From positions 478,613 to 542,612 of the forward strand of contig BCKZ01000001.1 of the NCBI GenBank assembly GCA_001600815.1: a DNA stretch of 64,000 bases, given 5' to 3'. The notes beneath the pieces were generated by a model, which saw only the letters and a program-made list of their open reading frames with translations, was not told the origin of the DNA and made no database searches. This DNA is from Alloascoidea hylecoeti. Taxonomy: Eukaryota. Shown here piece by piece: positions 55,915 to 64,000 of this stretch. The translations under genes and the position numbers were made by a program. Position 1 is the first letter of the stretch. Each line of letters opens with the position of its first letter.

Positions 55915-58032
55915 TTAAGCAAAGAAATGTGTATAAACCCGTGATGCCTCAGCAACTTCCATTTCCATCTTCAAATCATTTAATTCTTGTTTAATTTGTT
56001 GTGCAGTGAATGGATTTAATGAATTACAAGTTGCTAATTCCGGTTGACGATCATAATCATTTGCATCATAAGTATCAAATATAATAATTTTACTACTAAA
56101 TCTAACATTTTTTGATTTTGTTTGTTGTTGTTGATATTGTAATGGTGTTGAAGAAGTTGAATTTGAATTTAAATGTTGTGGATGCTTTTGATAATAATGA
56201 ATATGTGATGCTGATGGATAATGATGTTGTTGCGAAAATGTTTGGGGTGTAGATGGTTGTGGTATTGGGACAGGGATATTTGTTGATGAACCATGTGCTG
56301 GGGAAAGATTATTAGAATGTGGATCATGACGTTGATGAGAAGAAGAAGTGGAAGAAGTTCCTTTATGTTGTTGATATCTATACCGAGATTTAGTTTTTTT
56401 GTTTGAATTTGATGCCGTTGCTGAAGATTCAGGATTAATTAAACTTTCTGAACTATTTGAAGAAGAAGGAAATTCATTATCAGTAGTAGTAATATTTTCA
56501 TTTTCAGGTATTGAAGAAATACCTAATTGTTGAATTTTTAAAGAAGTTGAATGCAAATCACCATCTGAATAATTTTTTTTAATTTTTGTTTCTTCTTCAA
56601 CAGAATTGTTTAATTGTTGTTGTAATCTTAATTGTTCGTCATTGATTAAATTATCAAATTTTTTGATATTTTCTTCAACAATTTCTTCATTTGATGGTAA
56701 TACTTCAATAATTTCTTTATTACCCGATTTTTTAATACTTCTTTTACGATCCATATCAGTTGATGCTCTTTTTTTTAAAGATTTTTTCCGATCTAAATTT
56801 CTCTTTAATTCTTCTACATTTTTGTTTTCAAGAGATGGGAAAAGTATTTCTCCAGATGTTACATCTTCATCACTTTCACTTTCTTTCCCATTGCTATCAT
56901 TCTTATTATTGGGACTTGTAGTTGTAGTGGTGGTTGCAGGAGTTGCAACAGAAGTTGCAGTTGCAGTTGAATTTACAGTTGTAGATGAAATTGTATGAAT
57001 ATTATTAGGTTCTCTTTTAGTTTGAGAAGGAGATAGATTTTGTAAATATTCAATTGCACCACCGGTAGTGCCATTCCCATTAGATCTTGGAAGATCAGCT
57101 TCAGCAATTGCCATGGAAGGACCAGACATATAAGCAGTTGGAGAAGACGAAGCATTTTCCAAGACAATTTTTGAATCACTTGTTTCAGAAACATTTATTT
57201 TATTATGGGAAGAAAATTTGGAAAAAGTCTTACCCAATTTATTTCTAACAGACATCATACTGATTTTGGAAGACACGGAGAAATTCGAGCTCACGGAGAA
57301 TTTTGAAGATATTGACATTGTGTCGGAGGATTTTTTCCTACGGAATAAATATCTGTGGGATTTATGATCACCATCATCCAAATCTGCAGTGTGACTGCTG
57401 GCTGGGGTGGGAGGCGCGGGTTCTTTTTGTTTTGTAGAGCTCCATAGTTTTTTCTTCAAGTAGCCACCTAATCCTGACTTTGAAGTTTTCCTTGTATCTT
57501 TTGCGGGGGTGTCCTTGTATGGAGTGTTGGGATAGGACTGGTCGGGATCAATAACCGGCCTGTACAGAGGAGTGATGGGTTGGTCAAAGTCGATGTTGAG
57601 GACAGAGGTGGGCTGAGGGGTGGGGAGCTGTGCGGGTGCCAGTTGGGGGTCCGGGCTGGCAGGACTGGCAGGCCGGGGGTCGTGGAGTTTTGGCTTAGGG
57701 GTTATTGTTGACAGGGTGGGCACGCTCAGGTTGGTCTGGATTGTGTCTTGCGAGGCCCGGGCGTGCTGAACGGGCTGCACCACCTGCTGGACGGCATCTG
57801 CCTCGACAGGCGACAGGGGGTGTGTATGCGAGGGGGACGGGGACACAGGCATGGAGACGTGGATGGGCTTGGAGGAGTGGGTGGTGACGGAGGAGTTGGG
57901 GGAGTCAGCATCCGGCAGGTCAGAGTCCGAGGAGGAGTGGAAGGACAGGGAGTGGTGGAGCTGGTGGTAAGGCGTGAAGGGGGTCGCCGCAGTTGGCGAA
58001 ACGGACGGGACGGACGGAGCGAGTGAAGTCAT
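55915..58032 (-). CDS. BNI4: Bni4-like PP1 (Glc7) targeting subunit
   Basis: Disordered Ser/Pro-rich body. The C-terminus KNVRFSSKIIIFDTY...YDRQPELATCNSLNP...IKQELNDLKMEMEVAEASRVYTHFF has an RVxF-type motif and the Bni4 C-terminal block. Confidence 0.85.
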   Translation of the reverse strand: MTSLAPSVPSVSPTAATPFTPYHQLHHSLSFHSSSDSDLPDADSPNSSVTTHSSKPIHVSMPVSPSPSHTHPLSPVEADAVQQVVQPVQHARASQDTIQTNLSVPTLSTITPKPKLHDPRPASPASPDPQLAPAQLPTPQPTSVLNIDFDQPITPLYRPVIDPDQSYPNTPYKDTPAKDTRKTSKSGLGGYLKKKLWSSTKQKEPAPPTPASSHTADLDDGDHKSHRYLFRRKKSSDTMSISSKFSVSSNFSVSSKISMMSVRNKLGKTFSKFSSHNKINVSETSDSKIVLENASSSPTAYMSGPSMAIAEADLPRSNGNGTTGGAIEYLQNLSPSQTKREPNNIHTISSTTVNSTATATSVATPATTTTTTSPNNKNDSNGKESESDEDVTSGEILFPSLENKNVEELKRNLDRKKSLKKRASTDMDRKRSIKKSGNKEIIEVLPSNEEIVEENIKKFDNLINDEQLRLQQQLNNSVEEETKIKKNYSDGDLHSTSLKIQQLGISSIPENENITTTDNEFPSSSNSSESLINPESSATASNSNKKTKSRYRYQQHKGTSSTSSSHQRHDPHSNNLSPAHGSSTNIPVPIPQPSTPQTFSQQHHYPSASHIHYYQKHPQHLNSNSTSSTPLQYQQQQTKSKNVRFSSKIIIFDTYDANDYDRQPELATCNSLNPFTAQQIKQELNDLKMEMEVAEASRVYTHFFA

Positions 58033-58541
58033 TCTAAGGGCACGGAAGGCACAGAAGCCACGGGGGGTGCGAGGAGGCGGGAGGCGGGAGGGTTGGAACG
58101 AACAGAAACAAGCTTAGTACTGGTACAACAAGCAAACGATTAAACTGCTTCTGAAAATTTATAACTCAGCACTTTTGAGATACTGGAGGGGCTCATGTGG
58201 CTCCGCGTAATCCTCATACCAGCGACATGCATATGTTCTTTAAGTTAGTCTTTCCACATCCTAGCCCAGCTGGAATCGGCCAAAAATAGGATTCCACCGA
58301 GTATATCATACAAAACACATTTATGATATTCGATTAATATATTATAAATAAACAAAAACTAACAACAGTAATGATACAACTCCTTTAAATTTTATACTAT
58401 ATAATATAGTCAAAAAAATTATCCCCAAAACCCAAGTTTAAAACAAATTTCTTTTTTCTTTTCTTTTTTTCCTTGTTGTCACATCATGACTAAATTAATA
58501 CAAGTTTGGATTTTCTAATATTTTTGTTCGATTAAAGTTGT

Positions 58542-61500
58542 TTAAATCTCATCATCTGATGAAACATAATCATCACCAAGAAGCTTCTTCTTCTTCATCC
58601 TCTCCTTCTTCTTTCTTCTCAATTCCGCCGACGAAAGCTTAGACTTCTTTTTGGTGCTGGAGATCTTATTACCCATAGCGTCAAACTGTTCTCCATCTTC
58701 TTTCTTCTCAATCCTTGGTCCTGTACCTTGACCTTGAATCCAGTTATGTCCGGATGGGATCATGGATCCATTCATAACCGCCCAAACTTCTTCTGTTAAA
58801 TCTTTTGTAAACTCAGCACTATGTGTAATGATTACAACACCACCATCAAATGCTTTCAAAGCTTTCGATAATGCACCCAATGAATCTCTATCTAAATAAT
58901 TTGTAGGCTCATCAAGAACAATTAAATGAGGTCTCTGCCATGTACAAGCTGCCAATACCAATTTAACTTTTTGTCCTCCAGATAACCCCCTAATATGTGA
59001 ATGAGAAACTAATTCAGCTTCCAGTCCCAACATTGCACAATGAGCTTCGATTTCCTTTCTTGTTAATGGTCTAAATTGTCCTGAAGCCAAAGCTTCCTTC
59101 ATATCAATTTCAGCAACCATCTTAGCATGTGTTTCAACTAATTCACCACGGGGTAACCAAGCATTATCAACTGACATCATTGGTATCCATCTTTCTTTAT
59201 TCTTTTGTCCTACATTTTCTCCTAAAGCAAATGAACATTCATATTCATAAGAATTCTTAAATTTTCTTCTACCATGAACTCCAACAACACGTCTTTGAGT
59301 ACCATCAATTTTAAAAATCTTATTCATACCATCAACATCCTTTTCATTGATTTTTCTAGATGCACGATCCATTGTTTCACGATCTTCACCTGTTTGGAAT
59401 CTCCATTGAATATATTCAGAGGGTGTCTTATCCAAATGATGATCAATATGTGCAAAGGCATGTTGTTTAATATATGCAATACGACAGTTCTCATGTTGAT
59501 AAATAGTTCCTGTAGTTGGTAACAATTCTCCAGTTAAAACATTAACTAGTGTAGATTTACCAGCACCATTTGGCCCGATAACTGCAATACGAGAAGATAA
59601 TGAAACTTGGAAATTAATATTAACAAGTTGTGGCTTACTTGTACCTGGATAAGTAAATGACATATTTTGAACCTTAATAATAGCTTTTTGCTTTGTTTTA
59701 ACACCTTCCAAAAAACCTGGTGATGGGAACTGAAATTCTAAATCTGATGCTCCTAGTTCATAATAAGATTTTGCTGATGGAACTTTTTTAACAAATTCAC
59801 TTAAATTTCCTTTATATTTTCTTAATTTAAACCTTTCATAATGAATAATATATTGAACAGTTCTATCCAAAAATCCAGAATCATGAGAAACAATAATTGA
59901 TGTAATACCACAAGTTGTTAAATAATTAACCAACCATGTAACATTAACTGTATCTAAATGATTAGTTGGTTCATCTAATAATAAAATATCAGCATTTTTT
60001 AAAACTGCTCTTGCTAAAGCTAATTTCATCTTCCAACCTCCTGATAGTGATTGAATTGGCATTTCAACCATTTCATCACTAAAACCAAATTCACGTAATT
60101 TATTTTCAACTTCTTCTTTTGTAGTTGAACCTTTTGGTAAATCATTTAAAACAAATTCATAAACTGGTGTTTCTGCTAATGTACCATCAATATCATGTTC
60201 AACATAAACTGTTTTACATTCTTCTTGAGTAGGGAAACCTTCAACTTGTCCATTAGCAATAGCTTTCATTAAAGTAGATTTACCTGAACCATTTGGTCCA
60301 CATAAACCATATCTACTACTTCTTTTTAATCGAAGTTGAGTTCTATTAAGTAAGATCTTGGCACCATAAGCAAGAGAAAATTCACAATTACATAAATCTT
60401 CACCTTCATTATCATCTTCATCTTCAAAATTTGGACCATCTGGAATATTAAGAATAGCTTTTCTTCTCCATTGTTCAACAATTTCTTTAGCTTCTACTTC
60501 ATGTTCCCAAACTGTAATATAAGGTAATAAATGAGACATCCAGGCTTCATCAGAAATTTCTTTCTCATCGATTAAATCACCAGCAATAGAAGATACAAAT
60601 GTCTTAACAGCATCAAACTTTGAATCAACTTTTTTATTAATCAAAGTATTTAAAACTCCAAGTGTAACTTCTGTATCACCAGCAGTTGAAACTTCTGGAA
60701 TTTTATCATCAGCTTTAATATCACCAACACGCTTTAAAGTATTAATGGCACGTAAAGTTACATCTCTTGCTTCTGGATCAGCGATATTCGAATAATTGGC
60801 TTTTAATGATGGGTATAATTTACCTAAGAAAGGTGCAACAATTTGTGGATCTTCAACCAATTTACACATATTATCAATAATAACTGCTGCCTTTCTCTTA
60901 ATAGCTGTATCACGTTCGTTAAGGCCTCTAGATAATAATGGAACCATGATGGCCATAGTACCAACAGTAACTTCTGAAACAAAAGTTGTAGCACCTAAAG
61001 TATGAACTGTTTGTGGGACTAAAGTTGGTTTAGCAATACAGTGAATTAAATCTGGAAGAAACTTTTCAATATCTTTATTTTGGATAGTTTCGGTTGCCTT
61101 TGTTAAAGTTGAAGTAGCTGCTTTCTTCACATCAACTTTAGTATCCCACATGGCATCAGATAAAACTGGAATTAATTCAGTCATTCTTAAAGCAATTTGT
61201 ACTGGTGCTACATCAACCAAAGTAGCAATAGCTTTTAAAGCAGAGATTTTTTCTTGCCATTTATTAGTTGAAATTAAAGAATTTATGATTTTTGGTAAAA
61301 TGAATTTTGTTGCAGTTGGTGTAACTGCTCCAACAATCGCCTGTGATGCAATATTAGATGCTTTTTTAATTTCATTATTCTTTTCTGCTGATTTTGATAA
61401 AACATCTTCAATTAGATTAACAATATATGGTTCAACAGATGGGATTAATTTTTGATTTGAAATATGCGTTATTGCTTCAAGAGCGATTAGTCTCTCCTTT

Positions 61501-61700
61501 GGATCTTTTTTATTATTTAATGAAGACCTTAATTTAAGATAAAAATCAAAAGGAATATCATGATCGATTATGTTTGAAGTTGTCAAAAGTTTTGCCATGT
61601 TTTTAGCTGCTTCAGTTCTATCTGAAGGAGTGGTAGTTAACAAAAGTTTATCAAATAACTCGTTTAAAGCTTCAATACTATAACTTGATTCTTCAGACAT
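58542..61700 (-). CDS. YEF3: Translation elongation factor eEF3
   Basis: N-terminal HEAT repeats, [21 protein letters not shown], two ABC cassettes ([14 protein letters not shown] and [14 protein letters not shown]) with a chromodomain insert, and a basic C-terminal tail. Confidence 0.97.
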   Translation of the reverse strand: MSEESSYSIEALNELFDKLLLTTTPSDRTEAAKNMAKLLTTSNIIDHDIPFDFYLKLRSSLNNKKDPKERLIALEAITHISNQKLIPSVEPYIVNLIEDVLSKSAEKNNEIKKASNIASQAIVGAVTPTATKFILPKIINSLISTNKWQEKISALKAIATLVDVAPVQIALRMTELIPVLSDAMWDTKVDVKKAATSTLTKATETIQNKDIEKFLPDLIHCIAKPTLVPQTVHTLGATTFVSEVTVGTMAIMVPLLSRGLNERDTAIKRKAAVIIDNMCKLVEDPQIVAPFLGKLYPSLKANYSNIADPEARDVTLRAINTLKRVGDIKADDKIPEVSTAGDTEVTLGVLNTLINKKVDSKFDAVKTFVSSIAGDLIDEKEISDEAWMSHLLPYITVWEHEVEAKEIVEQWRRKAILNIPDGPNFEDEDDNEGEDLCNCEFSLAYGAKILLNRTQLRLKRSSRYGLCGPNGSGKSTLMKAIANGQVEGFPTQEECKTVYVEHDIDGTLAETPVYEFVLNDLPKGSTTKEEVENKLREFGFSDEMVEMPIQSLSGGWKMKLALARAVLKNADILLLDEPTNHLDTVNVTWLVNYLTTCGITSIIVSHDSGFLDRTVQYIIHYERFKLRKYKGNLSEFVKKVPSAKSYYELGASDLEFQFPSPGFLEGVKTKQKAIIKVQNMSFTYPGTSKPQLVNINFQVSLSSRIAVIGPNGAGKSTLVNVLTGELLPTTGTIYQHENCRIAYIKQHAFAHIDHHLDKTPSEYIQWRFQTGEDRETMDRASRKINEKDVDGMNKIFKIDGTQRRVVGVHGRRKFKNSYEYECSFALGENVGQKNKERWIPMMSVDNAWLPRGELVETHAKMVAEIDMKEALASGQFRPLTRKEIEAHCAMLGLEAELVSHSHIRGLSGGQKVKLVLAACTWQRPHLIVLDEPTNYLDRDSLGALSKALKAFDGGVVIITHSAEFTKDLTEEVWAVMNGSMIPSGHNWIQGQGTGPRIEKKEDGEQFDAMGNKISSTKKKSKLSSAELRRKKKERMKKKKLLGDDYVSSDDEI

Positions 61701-61814
61701 GGTTTCAAATATATATGAGACCCTAAGGACAGTGAAGGAGTAGTTAATAGAAAAGAAAAAAAAGAGAGGATAAGGGTTGGACTTTATCCTTTTCTTTTTA
61801 TAATCAGATAAAAG

Positions 61815-61825
61815 TGAAAATTTTT
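61815..61825. promoter_or_regulatory. RRPE element TGAAAATTTTT upstream of eEF3
   Basis: Consensus match 115 bp upstream of a translation-factor gene. AT-rich background weakens the call. Confidence 0.45.
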
Positions 61826-64000
61826 ATAAGATATTTTATTCATCTGCAAATGTGTGTTATTATTATATAATACAACTATTAATAACGCGGTGATTATCCA
61901 AATTTGAAGGTTTTAAATAATTATCCAGATATTTGGACTGAGATATTATCAAAACAAAAACAAAAAATAGTTAAAACTTGAAAAAAAAAACTCAATGAAT
62001 GATCATTGATCACAGAATCACAAATATTAAATTTCAGAAAAAGAGGCGACTTTAAAAGAACATTATTTTATATACAGTTATTATTTCAAACTTGATAAGA
62101 TCTCGGGTGAAATTTTTGGTATAAATGAAATGGAGTTGAAGCCATCGTGATGCATTTATTGAAAAATGACATCAGTTACTCTTCTGCTTAATCTTGTATC
62201 CTTGTTTTTAATTTGGTCAGATCAACTCACTTTAAATGCATTTCTATGATGTAGTGGGATGATCACGTTCTCTTTTAAGGGAATAAAAGAAATAAAACAC
62301 ATTCCAGTGCATGTTGTCCGACCAATAATTAGTTTCAAAACCTGTTGAAATCCATTAATTAATGGTAATAGATCGAAAAATAACAAAAAAGCTTATAGAA
62401 GTAAATAATTATTATTACATAAACTATTAATGGTGAAACTTTCCAGTTGCAATGTAAATTTATAATTTTCATAGGTAGTCTACAATTATATGCATTAACC
62501 CAATTACAATTTCAAATTATTTCAATTTATACTTACTAATGTTACTTTTTAACTACAGATATATATAGCTATGTTTTTCTTATAATAATCTTATCCCTTT
62601 AAAATGTCTTCTTATGCTATTTAAATGAAGGCAATACATGTAGGAAGATTTTCTATCACTTATCAAGCTAAATCTAGACTCATATCTTTAGGTTTCAATG
62701 CAAAAGTTGCTTAGAGCACTGGTCTCAGACTTTCATAGTAACCAAATTTAAATGGTTATCTAACACATTGACTAGATGATATAAAAATGTTCTAGATTAT
62801 GACGACCTGAGAAAAGTTTTATGTTCCATACATATAAAACAACACAACAGAATCGAAGTTTTAGATCAAATTTAGGTTATCCCTTGCTTTAGCCTTATTT
62901 ACTGTAGTGATTCACAAGTTACAATTAATCTAACTTAGAGTATTCATGCCCTAAGCTTGTAAGGAATTTAAATATGGTATGAATTCATCTAGTTCCAAAC
63001 AACAAAAGAATATATATAAGAAGAGACAACAATTTGTTGTGATCGATTCCACTCATTTGGCACAACATCCAAAGACCCAAACGGTATGAAGATCTGCTCA
63101 CAGCATCCTCAGATGAAGTTTGAGACGGTGAGCGTAAAAATAAAATAAAACGATAATTATTATAAGTATAGAGCGGTTATAATCTGAGCTCAATGAGGAT
63201 TTCTACTTTTATTTCTCACTGGGCCTATTTTATTGCCTTCTCATTCAGGAAAATGCTCATATAAACGGCGAAATTGCTTATGAGATTGATGATTCTATGG
63301 TTGTTGTCGTCTTCAGTTAAATTTCAAATCCAAAATTATAACTAGAAAAATAAGATCATTAACCATTCTTTGGAAAGATATTTATTAACCTTTTAATCAC
63401 CTTCAACGAAAAAAAGTGTTCTTCAACTAGTTATAATTAAGTCAATTATACTCTCAACTAGTTATGCCTAGCAAAATAGATTAGATATAAAACTATTGCG
63501 ATAGGCTTAATTATGAATGTACTGCAACTAGCTGTAATATTAATCTGTTTTTGTTTTAACATCCCTTTATCCGCAATTCGATCTCGGTAAAGACAGCAAA
63601 AACCCGAATAGGTCGTTCCGTGCGGATGCTGTTGATGAAAAATAAGTGAGAAAGGATTCTTTTGATGAATTTTGGGAGTAACACCAGCTTTTAGAACACT
63701 ATATAACCCCTAGAAAAGTTCCAAGCAACCTCTATTTTATATATATAACCGTTATTTTTGTTAACTGTTAAGGAAACATTAACGTTGATTATTTTTGTCC
63801 GTTAAATTTGAGTTGATTCGTAAGCATCTATTCACTCACCCCACATTGGTGCGTTTATATTTGGTGGGGAAGGTTGTATTTCACAAGCAAACCTTTAAAT
63901 ATCTACTTAAGATTAAATTTTCAACGGTTTAAGAAACGTTACATCGTCTGTATAATGGCTTTGTATACAGACCTGAAATTGAACAAACAAAAGACAGATA

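Noticed and set aside
4615..58032. Functional cluster of polarity/Ras/chitin genes (ERF2, CDC42, CDA, CDC25, BNI4) or of proteostasis genes
   Set aside because: The genes are interspersed with unrelated housekeeping genes, no shared motif is visible, and inherited synteny explains several adjacencies.
62100..64000. Possible LTR or retroelement relic upstream of eEF3 (QHPQ-like peptide near 63100; repeated CAACTAG near 63420-63535)
   Set aside because: No paired LTR, primer-binding site or extended integrase/RT similarity can be supported.

Overview
AT-rich, intron-containing fungal genomic DNA from a Saccharomycotina yeast, probably an early-diverging lineage. Signs of this are ATP-citrate lyase, a Chk1-type histidine kinase, short GT-AG introns with relaxed branch points, and CTG apparently read as Leu. 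It holds 18 recognisable genes: partial cullin-1, a histidine phosphatase, ERF2, TCP1, CDC42, a CHK1-like hybrid kinase, a UFD1/Zn-finger/AZUL-like protein, chitin deacetylase, IMH1, CDC25, TYW3, GTR2, ACL1, a large small-HSP, TRS120, PUP1, HIU hydrolase, BNI4 and eEF3. I reconstructed the introns by hand. I found no transposon, tRNA, rRNA or CRISPR feature. Most notable observations: (1) a ~410-bp decayed inverted copy of the TRS120 3' end, followed by a probable fungal transcription-factor pseudogene and a 43-bp-period TCGG array; (2) a small HSP carrying both a PPxY and an Atg8-interacting motif; (3) a UFD1-ZnF-AZUL-UBA-like protein; (4) a sharp, position-dependent GC peak at the BNI4 5' end; (5) a probable 558-nt 5'-UTR intron in CDC42; (6) microsynteny shared with S. 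cerevisiae. All calls come from reading the sequence; no searches were run.
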